Shown here: positions 12,920 to 26,536 of the stretch, in pieces
How the letters are laid out: each line of letters starts with the position of its first letter
Numbering within the stretch: position 1 is the first letter of the stretch
NCBI RefSeq assembly: GCF_001194135.2
Contig: NC_068994.1
Location: 47,599,873 to 47,663,872, forward strand
Direction of reading: 5' to 3'
Length of the DNA: 64,000 nucleotides
Source of the DNA: Octopus bimaculoides
Taxonomy: Eukaryota
Program-made: the position numbers and the translations under genes
Notes under the pieces: generated by a model
What the model saw: the letters and a program-made list of their open reading frames with translations, nothing else
Told to the model about the DNA's origin: nothing
The model's database searches: none

Positions 12920-13366
12920 TATATATATATTTATATATATATATATACACACACACACAATGGGTTCCTTTCAGTTTTGATCAACCAAATCCATTCACAA
13001 GGCTTTGGTTGGCCTGAGGTTATAGCAGAAGACACTCGCCCAAAGTTCCACACAGTGGGATTGAACCTAGAACCATGTGGTTGCGAAGCAAGCTTTTTAC
13101 CACACAGCTATGCCTGTTGTACTGGAAAAACCTTTTTAATTAATATTTTTCATATATTTCCTCATTGGGCCTTTGTGTTTAGATTGAGATAGCTACGTAC
13201 CTAAGTTCATTAACATTTCAAGACTTTATTAGCCTCATTTTCTGAATGATGTAGTGATAGAATTTCATTGATATTACATGTCCATTGTTGGTAGCAAGGA
13301 GATAAAATCTTATTTCCTGATTTAATGTTTTTTTATATACACATATATACATACCTTCATACATAT

Positions 13367-13413
<47 letters not shown>

Positions 13414-13844
13414 TACATGCATGCATACATATACATAACCCTCATCATTTAATACCCGTTTTCCATGCTGACATGGGTTGGATGGTTTGGCAGGAGCTAA
13501 CAAGCCAGATTGCTCCACCAGCCCCCAGTCATCTGCTTTACCATGGTTTCTACAGCTGGATACCCTTCCTAACACCAACTACTTTTTACATAGCGCTATC
13601 ACAGGTGCCTGTTTTTCATGTAACCCCAGCACGAATGCTCTTTATGTGGTACCGGTGCCAGTGCTTTCTGCAGACATGATTCTGCATTGCACTTAACTAA
13701 AAAGAAACATTTATGTCATAATTGCAGTAAAAAGCTGCAAATAATCTTCACTTTGCAGCTCAAAAAGAAGCAGTGATCATACTCATTATTGATTTGACCT
13801 CCATATAAGTGTGTATATATATATATATATATATGTGTATATAT

Positions 13845-14010
13845 ATAGGGAGAATTCACAAAAAAAAAACAAAAGACAATGACAGGTGGTGTAGATAACA
13901 AACAGATGTATTAGTTTAAAGTCTTTAACGTTTCAAGCCTATGCTCTTCCACAGAAAGGAACACAGAAAGAAACAAGGAGAGAAAATAAAGAATGTGTAG
14001 TGGCTAGCGA
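13845..14010 (-). mobile_element. Probable Penelope-like terminal repeat with a degenerate hammerhead-like motif
   Basis: Minus strand reads CTTTCTGTGGAAGAGCATAGGCTTGAAACGTTAAAG, with GAAAC followed by a palindromic ACGT and possible CTTT/AAAG pairing. The CUGANGA box is corrupted. Confidence 0.3.
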
Positions 14011-14524
14011 TCTATCATGGTGAATGCCGGACAGAGGGGTCACACAGGAGAGCTAGGAAGAAGGGGAGATAATTAAGTAGCGGTGATCCCAAAACGAAGG
14101 TGCATGTGCGTGTGGAAGAGGGCTGGTGACCTTGACGCGTGTGTATGTGTAGGTGTGTGAACACAGATTTTTCAAGCTGACATGGTCTGCTTCTATGCAT
14201 GTGTTTGTGTATTTTCCCCGAGGATACTAAGGTTATGAATAAAAAAAAATACTCAGAGCAGAGGAACAGAGGAACTTGACACTAGTTGTATCAGAATCTA
14301 ACTAGTGTCTGTTATACTTATATACATATATGAGTTTGCTGGAGTGAGAGTATTGTAGTTTGTGTATGCGTCGCTATTAGTGTATGTATATGTATGAGTA
14401 TATGTGTTCTGTTGGTAACATAATCCAAGTAGGATTTTTTTGTCCTGTTTGGTTAAATGTGTGTGTGTGTTATGCTAGAGTTACTATGTAGTGATAAAGA
14501 AGATTCAAATGCACGTAAGCACAA

Positions 14525-14557
<33 letters not shown>

Positions 14558-15738
14558 ACACATACATGCATTCGACACACACATGAACACAGCACAACAC
14601 AAGATACACACATGCACAACACATCTTTTTACTTAGTAATTGGGTATTCAACTCACCCAACCACTCAATAGTTGATACCACTTTTGTTTCTCATTCTCTC
14701 TTACTCTCTCTCTCTCTCGCTCTCTCTCTCTTACAGACACAATCTCTCTCACTTTTTCTGTCTCTCTTGTTCATATGTGTGAGTGTGTGTGCGTGCATGT
14801 GTATATGTATCCATATATTGGTGTATTCATGTATGGGTGTGTGCATGTCTATTTATCTATGTATGTATTTATAACTCATGCCATTTCTTCCTTCAGCCAA
14901 TAGTCTGTATCCTTCCCTCTCCCTGTCTCTCTCTCTGTATCACTCTCTCTCTCTCTCTCTCATTCCCCCCTTTCTCTGTCTCTCAGTCTATCACACACAT
15001 GTGCAGTAACAGATACAATCACATAAACACACACACAGATAGCCATACACCCACACACACCTGATATATATATCAGGAGCAGTCCTGCCAGTTTCTCATC
15101 ATTTCGTATTCGTACTGGCGGTGGCTGCATACCCTCACCCTTTCCCATGTCTACCTTAGAGTTCGTACACCAGGTAATATAGAATTTAATATACTGTTTC
15201 TAGAATCTTTCTTTCCTTTTCTTTCAGTCTTACTTTGCTTTCTTACATTTTTCTGTAGGGTTTTTTTTTGTGTGTTCTTTTCCATTTTTTTTTACAAAAA
15301 AAAAAAATTTACATTTTGTTGTTTTTTACTTGATTTGTCTCTCTCTCTATTTTTTTTATTTCTTTGTTATTTTTTCTCTTCATCTCTTTACTTCTTTCTT
15401 TTTCACTTTCTCTTTTTCCATCTCTCTCTCTCTCTCTCTTGCCTTCTTCTACGTCTTTACTCTTGATCTTTCTTTGACACTTGTTTTCTTTGCTTTTTTC
15501 TTTCTCATACACATACACACATGCACATACAAGTCACACACACACACACACACACACACAAGTCATACACACTTGCATACATACATGCACATACTAAGTA
15601 CATAAACGCACACATACAAGTTACACACACACATACATGCACACACACACATACACACACAAACACACACACACACTCACACAAGTCATACACACTTGCA
15701 TTACATACATGCACACAAGTCACACACAAATGCATACA

Positions 15739-15779
<41 letters not shown>

Positions 15780-16205
15780 NNNNNNNNNNNNNNNNNNNNN
15801 NNNNNNNNNNNNNNNNNNNNNNNNNNNNNNNNNNNNNNNNNNNNNNNNNNNNNNNNNNNNNNNNNNNNNNNNNNNNNNNNNNNNNNNNNNNNNNNNNNNN
15901 NNNNNNNNNNNNNNNNNNNNNNNNNNNNNNNNNNNNNNNNNNNNNNNNNNNNNNNNNNNNNNNNNNNNNNNNNNNNNNNNNNNNNNNNNNNNNNNNNNNN
16001 NNNNNNNNNNNNNNNNNNNNNNNNNNNNNNNNNNNNNNNNNNNNNNNNNNNNNNNNNNNNNNNNNNNNNNNNNNNNNNNNNNNNNNNNNNNNNNNNNNNN
16101 NNNNNNNNNNNNNNNNCACTTGCTCGAGGGGCTCTGCAACTGAATCAAACACAAAACCTCAACACTGCATCTAACATCTTCACCATCCAGACATAACTGT
16201 AACCA

Positions 16206-16275
<70 letters not shown>

Positions 16276-16726
16276 GCACATGCAAAAAAAAAAACACGTT
16301 CATATATCTGAATGAATTTTTTTTACTTTCAAAATTAGTCTACCCTAAGTATTTTGGTGATTTTTGTTTTTTTTTAAACAAGACACTTAATTCTACATTA
16401 CCTCAAGCCGTTTGCAGTACTCAGAAGGAGGGCCACAGGATATTTGTTTTGGCAACGTTAAGATCCATGACAAGATGAGGGATGGGGTATCCAGGTTTCA
16501 TTGCTTAACACTTGTGAGTAGGTGGTTGCAAGCACCATTTTTATGAACACCTGTAGATATTTTTCATCATTTTTATCATGCACACACACACACACACACA
16601 CACACATTATAGTATATTATGTATATTATATAATAAATGTTTACAATATATATTATGTGTATGTGTGCATATGCATAATTAAAGCCTGTGAATTTCCATC
16701 TTCATATTATTATTATTATCATTATT

Positions 16727-16762
<36 letters not shown>

Positions 16763-16795
16763 ATTATTATTATTATTATTATTATTAATAATAAT

Positions 16796-17010
16796 AAGGT
16801 GGCAAATTGGCAGAATCATTAGCATGCAGGGTGAAATACTTAGCAGTATTTCATCTGCCACTATGTTCTGAGTTCAAATTCCACCGAGGTCGAGTTTGCC
16901 TTGCATCCTTTCGGGGCCAATAAATTAAGTCTCAGTCAAGTACTAGGGTTGATGTGATCAACTTTCCCCCTTCCCCCAAATTTCAGGCCTTGTGCTTATA
17001 CTAAAAAGGG
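16796..17010 (+). mobile_element. SINE family A copy
   Basis: AAGGTGGCAAATTGGCAGAATC...TTCTGAGTTCAAATTCCACCGAGGTCG...AAATTTCAGGCCTTGTG. Further degraded copies lie near 25-130, 1880-2080, 6760-6990, 19480-19880, 20180-20430, 25770-25885, 29660-29860, 36470-36600, 58200-58330 and 59850-60030. Confidence 0.8.
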
Positions 17011-18464
17011 TTATCATTATTATATATGAATATATATATACATACATACATACATACATATATTTATAAAGCATTATATATGTATTATAAATATATACAC
17101 ATATGTATATGTGTGTGTGTATTTGGGGGTATATAATATGAAATTTTATATGTGCCTTTTGTAATAAACATATAGCATTAATCTTACTGTGAAAAAGTAA
17201 ACAAGAGGCTACATAACAAGTCCTATCTCTCCACAAGCAGAGAAAAATGAGATTTTATCAGTTTCTAGTCTACTTAGACCTTCACCTTCTTTTTGCAAAG
17301 AGATTGGTAGCTTATACCTGTTTATAGTGTATGTAAACTTGGGCTTCACTTAACTGGTCAATCTAATTTGCATAATAGTGCTAACAAGACAGTTTGAAAA
17401 ATGTTCAATATATTAACACACACACACACACACACACATACACAAACATGTATGGTTTTCTTTTCTGATAAATATTAATTTTAGTTAGTATAAATCTCTT
17501 TCACACTGCATTTATCATGTATTAAGTACTTTCCACTAAACGTTGGATACTTCTAGTACCACCAATGGATACTTATCATCTATATGTGTGTGTGTATTAT
17601 GTGTGTGTGTATTATGTGTGTGCGTGCATGTGTGTGTGGATGCATGCATGTGTGTGTCTGCATGCATACATATATAATTTTATATGTCAATGCACAATGT
17701 AAGGTGCACCTTTGATGCAAGTTTGATAAAGTGCCACTCTAATCTTTAAAACTGCAAATATTACATAACTTTTCATATGGAAATTTTGCATGATTTGCTG
17801 TTAAAAACAGAGTGGTACAGAAACAATTGTAACTGGTCATTAAAGATATGATAAACTCTTTCTTTGTCTTCTCATTTGGATTTTATATATATATGTACAT
17901 ATACACACATGCAAGTGAGTAGACAAACAAAAAAAGCGGTACTCACCACATGTGACGGGAGTTACATATATTGTTCAATGATAAGAATTTCATTCTTTTA
18001 TTTGTCTCCAAGTAACTTAAAGTTTCATCAGCTCATCAAAAGAACCTAATTCATGGGCAGATTTTCTACGGCTGGATTCCTTTCTTGTTGCCAACCCTCA
18101 CCTGCTTCCAAGTAAGGTAATATTCCTCCACGGCTAGACAATGTTTTCATGGAAGATTGGAAATAAAGGATACCTTCTGTATGTTTGAGGCACTTGTTTA
18201 CAAGCATTCAAAGTCAAGACAATGAGATACCAACACACACACACACACACACACACATATAATTGACAGACTTCTTTCAGTTTCCATCAACCAAATCAGC
18301 TCCCAAGGCTTTGGTCAACCCAGGATTATAAAAGATATTATATACTAAATGCCCAAGGTGACATAATATATATACATCACTTAAGAATAGTGATACTAAT
18401 GAAGTTCTTTGCATAGTTTTCTGTTCTCTTGTTGTTTATTTAATTTCTTATATATATATATATC

Positions 18465-18800
18465 GTGGCACTCTGTCAGCTGCGACAACGAGGGTTCCAG
18501 TTGATCCGATCAATGGAACAGCCTGTTCATGAAATTAACGTGCAAGTGGCTGAGTACTCCACAGACACTTGTACCCTTAACGTAGTTCTCGGGGAGATTC
18601 AGTGTGACACAGAGTGTGATAAAGCTGACCCTTTGAATTACAGGTACAACAGAAACAGGAAGAAGGAGTGAGAGAAATTTGTGGTGAAAGAGTACAGCAG
18701 GGTTCACCACCAGCCCCTGCTGGAGCCTCGTGGAGCTTTAGGTGTTTTCGCCCATTAAACACTCACAACGCCAAGTCTGGGAATTGAAACCACAATGGTA
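18465..18800 (-). mobile_element. SINE family D
   Basis: A tRNA-like head (GGTTTCAATTCCCAGAC on the minus strand) at the right end and a conserved core, GTGTCTGTGGAGTACTCAGCCACTTGCACGTTAATTTCATGA. The same core recurs at about 21190-21265 (plus orientation) and in degraded form near 21410-21490. Confidence 0.7.
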
Positions 18801-18820
18801 TGTGCACCTCCATTGCACCT

Positions 18821-18879
<59 letters not shown>

Positions 18880-19885
18880 CATATGTGTGTTCGTGTGTGT
18901 GTGTGTGTACCACATGTATGTAAGTATATATATATACATGCATATGTACATATATTATTTAACTTACATATATTATTTAACGATGAGGGAATCATTTTTT
19001 GTAACTGAACTCTAAATTCAATGAATGTACCATCAAATATGATAAATAATTATAGTGACTAGCCACAAATGAATGACAGTGGCTCTAAATAATATATAAT
19101 TTTTGGACTTATTTCAGCCTTTAGCAGTACAACCCATGATTAAACTATGTATCTAGTGCAGATAATATTGTAGTAACAATATAATAATGATTTTTCACTA
19201 CGGCACTAGGCCAGAACATTTTGGAGCAATTGATTGGGTACTTATGTTGTTTACACCTTCCCGCAGAAAGATAAAAAGAGGAAACCTGATTACTATAATA
19301 TTTGATTTCAGAATTAGGTGAAAAAAAATTAAATGACTTCAGCCTATTTTGTTTGAAGCCCTATAAACCAACCCTTCCGGTTCATCATTCAGTCTTTCCA
19401 AAATATTATAATAATGATTAAATGTTTAAATGTTTGACATAAGTAGTTGTTAACAATATTTTTATGGAGTGATAGTCTGATGGAATCGTAAGAGTGTCAG
19501 GCTAAACATCTTGCAGTATTTAGTCATGGACCTTTGAATTTCAAGTTCAAGTCCCACCAAGATCAACTTTGCCTTTCGTTCTTCTGGAGGTCAATAAAAT
19601 AAAGTAACAGTCATGCACGGGGGTTGATTTTATTGACTAAACCCCTTCCCTCTCAAAAATCCAAGAAATTCTGGCCTGGTGCTTAGATCAGCAGTGATGG
19701 GCAAAATACCTTTCTGTACTCAGTTATATTCCTTTACTTTCTGAGTTCATATCCTGCTGAGGTCAACTCTGTCTTTCGTTCTTCCAAGGGTTAACCAAAT
19801 AAAGTACTACTCAAGTACTGGATTCAGTATTATCATCTAAATTCAAATTCAAAAGTTAGACGCCATATGCCTATGTGGAAAACCA

Positions 19886-19995
19886 ATGATGATGATGATG
19901 ATGATGATGGTGATGATGATAATGATGATGATGATGATGATGATGATGGTGATGATGATAATGATGATGATGATGATGATGACAATGATGATGAC
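19886..19995. repeat. (GAT)n microsatellite with repeated GGT/AAT variants
   Basis: The pattern (GAT)n-GGT-(GAT)3-AAT occurs twice. Confidence 0.95.
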
Positions 19996-20515
19996 TTTAG
20001 CTTTAAATATGAAAAAAATATTTTTTAATCATTATATCAACACTATATTTCAATTACTTTGATCTGTGATTACAATCAAGTGTCTTATTCCCGGGATGTG
20101 TGCATAGTACCAGACTGGATTTGAACAAGGAATCTTTTATTTCTAAACTAAAAGGAATAATGTGTCTATCTACTTATAATAATTATTTATTTCCTCGGCA
20201 CAAGGCCAAGAAATTTAGTGTGAGCAGAGCTGTACTCCATTAAATCAACTTCATTTACTTGATTGGTATTTATGTTATCGACACTTACTCCCCCCACNNN
20301 NNNNNNNNNNNNNNNNNNNNNNNNNNNNNNNNNNNNNNNNNNNNNNNNNNNNNNNGCAAGGTCAGCTTTGATCAGATTGGAACTCAGAATATATAAGGGA
20401 TGTAATTAGATAGTACCACAAGGTATTTAGTCTATCACGCTAGTGTTTCAACCATTTCCATTGATAATGATGAAGACGGTGATGATTGAAACAATAACTG
20501 AGATTTCTAATATTA

Positions 20516-20557
<42 letters not shown>

Positions 20558-21811
20558 TCAAGGTCACTCTCACATACACACACACACTTATGCTCACACA
20601 CACATACATACATACATACATACATACATACATACATACAAACATACATACATACACAAACACACACAAGCTTTGTAGGGAAAGAAAATGTGGTTAATTA
20701 TGTCGACAACAGTATCCAACTGATAGTTTTTTTTATCAATCTCAGAAAGCACCAAAAACAAAGTAAACATCAGCAAGAATCGAAGTCAGAACATAAATGG
20801 CCATAACTAACAATCACAAGACATTTGGCCTGTTGCTCTACCAGTTCTATTGTCTACTGCCATAATTATTATCATCAAAAAAGTTGATAATGGTCATTTT
20901 AACGATTATAATGATCAAATGAATAAAGATGTTGATGGGAATATAACAGTGTAAATATGGCTGATTGGTTAAGAAATTTGCTTTGCAACCATAAGGTCCT
21001 GGGTTCAAACTGACTGCATGGACTCTGGTGCAAATGTATTTTACTATATATATACCTGAGGTGAACCCGAGCTTGTGAGTCATACAGGGCACAGAAACTG
21101 TATGAGGTCTCATCAGATTGATAGGACATTTAGTTCAATGGTACAACCTTTTCATGCACTTTAATACATTGACTCCTGCCTGAGGATTACATTAAGTGTA
21201 CACATGTCTGTGGAGTACTCAGCCACTTATATGCTAATTTCATGAGTAAATGGTTCAGTTGATCAAAAGATTGAAAGTTCATGGATGGAAATTTCTTTCT
21301 TGAGATTTATTTGTATATGTTTCAAATAGCAAATATGAACAATGCCACATGCTCTCAAAGAATACAACATAGTTATGTTATAGTATTGCCCATATTTGTC
21401 CCAAACATTAATATGCAGGTGCCTTAGTATCCCACAGACATGTGTACCCTTAATGTAATCTTCAAGAACATAGGTGAGTTTTCGGTTCATTTATCTGTGA
21501 GTAATATGTACAACTATGAGCTATATTAGATTATCTTGTATGTTTGTTACCGGTGACAGACTAACATGCTAGCCAGGGAGAAATTTATAATGTATCTCAC
21601 ATCTACTTCATACCATTAGCAATCATATATAAATTGCTGAACCTTACAATTCCATCAAGTTATCATGATCCCAGTCAAGAAGTAGGGGACCAAATAGTTA
21701 GGAGGATATAGTATTGGATGACAGGCAAACAGGTCTTATGATCAAATCCATGCCAAGCAAAAAATGCAGCAATGACCCCTCAAATAAGGTATGTCCTCAA
21801 ATACCTTACAC

Positions 21812-21890
<79 letters not shown>

Positions 21891-22629
21891 CTTTCTCATC
21901 TACTCACCCTTTAAACTTACCTTACTTTCTCTTCTATTTTCCCTCACAGTTGAGCTTCCTTGAACAAACAGGGATGATGTAGAATAGAGAGGACTTGTAA
22001 GGCACAAGGCGACCTCTCTGCTGCTTGTGACACAATCACATTCACCCAGTGCACTCTCTAGAAGGAAATGATTATGCACCATAGGATAGAGAGATCTTTT
22101 TAGTATTGTTAAGAACATTGACAACCACTACAGTACTTGTGCCATGACACACATATATACATATATACATACATACATACACACACACAAACACACTCAC
22201 ACACACATACATACATGTATGTATGTATGCATATATATATATATATAACTTCTGTTCATCCTCTAATTCCTTATGTACTTTGTACTTCTATATGTAAACC
22301 AGGTTGGCAAAATAACATAGTCTGCCATAGACACCTGTGCTTTGGTTCTTTCTTTCTTTTTCTTTTCTTCCTTTTTTTGTCACTTTTGCTATGAATTAAA
22401 TTAATGAATTCAACGGGATACACCGTCTGCAAGTAGTTGGGTTCAGCATATTATCCTCCATTTTCTAATTGTTACACAAATTTTGGGTAAAACCTCCACT
22501 TTTACCCGCTCTCATTGATTGCACCTAGTATAGCACTAGTGTAGCAATAATTGGGTACCCTCCCAGCAGTATANNNNNNNNNNTACTATCCCTTAGTGGG
22601 TTGAACCCCCAACCCCTAACTCTCTCACG

Positions 22630-22668
<39 letters not shown>

Positions 22669-23249
22669 CATACAGACATATTTCTGTCATTATATACATA
22701 CTTTCAGTCACCATGCTTCAGTTCACCAGTTTATCAAGCTACATACATGCCAGGTTTTCTGGCAACATTTACACATCATAGCCTAGTATGCATTTGCTGT
22801 ATGCATTGTTACTCACTACACACATGCCCTTCAGTCTGGCTGCTTCATTTCACCTAGCTGTGATGGAACGATACGTAATAGATATTCTGTTAAGCTTACT
22901 TTCAATAACTTGAGCCAATGAGTGGTTCTTTCCAAGTCACTCAAGCTAATAGAAATAGCAGCCAGATCTCCCTCAAATCACACATTACAATCTCACACGA
23001 AACAACGAAGAACAGACAAGGAAAGATGCATGAATTAATGTGGTCTAGAGTAAACAAAGAGACCAGGTCTCCTCAGTCAAGGTTGGTCTGGTGCTAAACT
23101 ACAAGAACAATATACTTGTATCCTAACCAGTGAAAATACATACCTGTCAAACTGTCCAACCCATGCCAGCACAGACAATGGACATTAGATGATGATGGTG
23201 ATGATATATATATATATATTATATTTTATTATATATGTTATATATATAT

Positions 23250-23288
<39 letters not shown>

Positions 23289-24922
23289 TTTTATATTATA
23301 TTTCTCATTCATTTAACACTGATGATAATGATGGAGGTCTGTCAGTAATATGAAAAATATCTTGTGAAGACATTTTTTGCATTATTGGGACCTCAAGAGT
23401 CTCACCTATTGCAGGCAAGATTTGAACTCATTATCTCAAGCTAACAAAACACTGAAATTTACCTCCATATAATACCTATTTATAGTATGATTGGCTGGGC
23501 TATTGAAGTTTAAGTGGCTTTATCAAAAATGTTGCATAGCATCTTTGTATCATTGTGTACAGGGGAGGACTATACCTCCACGTGGGGCTTATTTGTGGTA
23601 ACATAAACAGTGTACAAAGTGTGATTATAACGAGGCTGTTATTGTGATAATTCTGGTGGTGATAGTAAGGAGGATTGCTGATAAAAATTGTGGTAGTTGA
23701 TGTGATAAATGTAGAACTAGGAATAGGGATGGTAGTATCAGTGGTGGTGGTGGTGCTGGTACTGGTGCTGGTAGTAGTGATGGTGGTAGTGAGGTGATAA
23801 CGGTGGTGCTGCTGTTGGTGTTGGTGTTGGTAGTACATATTAGTGATACCCCAGGAACCACCTGCAAAAAGCATTTAAAGCACCACCAACCTCATCATTA
23901 TCACAACTATCAGCATCACCATCATAAACATCATCATAAACATTATCAAACTTATCTCCATCATCATCATCATCATCATTACAGCTCCAGCTCTCATCAT
24001 GGTCATTGCAAACACCACCGACACCTCCACACCATCACCACCATCTCCATCATCATCATCAAAATCATCATCAGAACCAATCTCACAACCAACATCATCA
24101 TTACTACCACCACCACCACCATAACAACAACCATTGTCATCATCGTCATCATTAGCAACATCCCTTTCCAACTTCAACAGCTGTTACAGCAGATGTTGTG
24201 GCAATGTTGCATTTCCCAGTGTTTCTTCCTATTCATTTATTTAATGCTTCATCATTTCGTTTGTTTTGTTTCCTCTTGTTCCATGCATGCCGCCACCTAA
24301 AAGAAAAAAAAAAAAAACGGTGGAACCATCGTTGTCCTGTTTAACCTTTAACGGAACAATTCTTTAGGTTTATTATTATCTTCAGTCTGATCGTTCTTTG
24401 CTTGAAATGAAACGATGCCATTCACCTGTTACCGATTGGCATGTCTTTATTTTGGTTTTGCTATTTTCTCCGCTTCTGTTTTTCCATCGACTGATTCTGT
24501 ATTCGCATAGAATATGACCCGTAAAGATTCTACTTGGGACGAAACTTCAAGATGAACATTTTTTGGCTTATTTGGTTGTTTATTTGGGTTTTTCTTTATT
24601 ATTGTTGTTTTTGGTTTTATTTGCTTAGAAATAGGATTTTGTTTTACGTTCTGTCTTCCATCTTTCTTTCTTTCTTACTTGTTTCAGTCATTGCACTGTG
24701 GCCATGCTGGAGTACATAGCCTCGAAGGCTTTAGTCGAATAAATCAACCCCACTACTTGTTATACTTTCTAAGCGTGATACTTATCCTATGGGTCTCATT
24801 TTGCTCAACATCTGAGTTGGGGGACATAGAAAAACCAACACTGGTTATCAAGTGGTAGTATAGGACAACACAAGCACAAAAACACACTGATAGAAATATA
24901 CATATATACATATATGTATGTG

Positions 24923-24992
<70 letters not shown>

Positions 24993-25097
24993 TTATATAT
25001 ACATATATATACATACACACATATATATATATATACATATACATATGTATAAATATATACATACATATATATATGTATATGTATGTATATATACATA

Positions 25098-25134
<37 letters not shown>

Positions 25135-26484
25135 ATATGTATAAATAAGTACCAGACTTGAAAAGAAAACAAGGGTCAATTAATTTGACTAAAATTCCTC
25201 AAGGTGGTGCTCCAGCATGGCCGCAGTCTCAAAACTAAAACAACTAAGAGATAAAAGATGAAGCGACTCCTTCATAAGCTGATCCTGGAGCTGTTAACTG
25301 GATAGAGAGACACAATGCGTTGATACTGACTGAAAGGATCGAGACAGGATGTATGCATTGATAAGACACAGTGTGTGTGGATCTTAACTGGATTGATTTA
25401 GTGTATAGTTGACTACATATAGATGGAGTGTACATGTCAACTAGACAGATAGATAGTATGTGTAGATGTTGACTGGACTAGCAGAAAGATATCGAGCAGT
25501 TGTTGACTGGATGAATGGACACAGAGCACTGATGTTGCTTAGACGTTCAGTTTGTAGATGTTGGCAAGATAACTACAGATTATAAATGCTGACTGTAAGA
25601 ACACTGAAAATTAACTCACAGATGGAGACACCACCAAGAGATATTAACTATGTCTTTAGATTTCTTTATGAAATCATATGTACTGATACTAACTGAAGAC
25701 AGTTGTGTGTTGAATGATGGTGACTTAATATATAGACATAGTGTAGATGTTGACTGAATGGTATGTTTTACTGAAAGGATGGAAGGCAAAGTCGGCCTCA
25801 GCGGAATTTGAACTCAGAATGTAAAGACGGACAAAATGCCAATGAACATTTTGCCTGGCACACTAATGATTCTGCCAGCTTGTCGCCTTAAAGAACAACT
25901 TCAGTATCACTACATGAAGCTTAACAGCAAGACAGCAGCAACACCAAGCTATTCTAGAGGGTGTTGCATGGTTACATTTATAGCGTTACATTTTCAATAC
26001 TTGTTTTTCTTTTTTCCTTCTCCGATCAGACCGGTTAACTGCTGTTCTAAGTTTATTTTACTACATTTTGTAAACCTACATAGATGAGTTATACCTTCTT
26101 CTCCATCTTATTTTTACAGACGAAAAAATGTTTCCTTTTACTTTCGGTAAATGTAATAAAAACATAGTTTGGCCACCTTCACTTTTGGTTTTGTGGTTCT
26201 ATGAATCATCCATAATAAATATTTTCACTTTCCTTACAATTACAGAAGGTAGCGAGGAGGTATCGTTCCTCCAATCAACCACACCCTCTTGTAGCTCACT
26301 CTTTCTCTTCTTTCCTTGTCTGCCTTAGAATTAGCTGTTCTTTCATTGTTGTTTATGGTGCTTGTGATATTTCGGTAGTGTTGAGGTTAATGTAAAATTT
26401 GCTCTTAGTATTAATGTTTGTGGCACCGGTGGATATTTATTTTCTTTCCTCTCTTATATCTCTCTTTCTCTACTTTTATCTCTC

Positions 26485-26536
<52 letters not shown>

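Noticed and set aside
21950-21997. Strong plus-strand acceptor and GTAAGG donor enclosing 47 nt
   Set aside because: Stops in all three frames, and pyrimidine tracts are common by chance here. At most a non-coding exon.
23576-23635. 60-nt minus-strand candidate exon PRYNHTLYTVYVTTNKPHVE, vaguely cadherin-like
   Set aside because: Weak polypyrimidine tract, too short for a cadherin repeat, no adjacent cadherin motifs (DxD, DxNDN), and octopus protocadherin ectodomains are typically in large exons.
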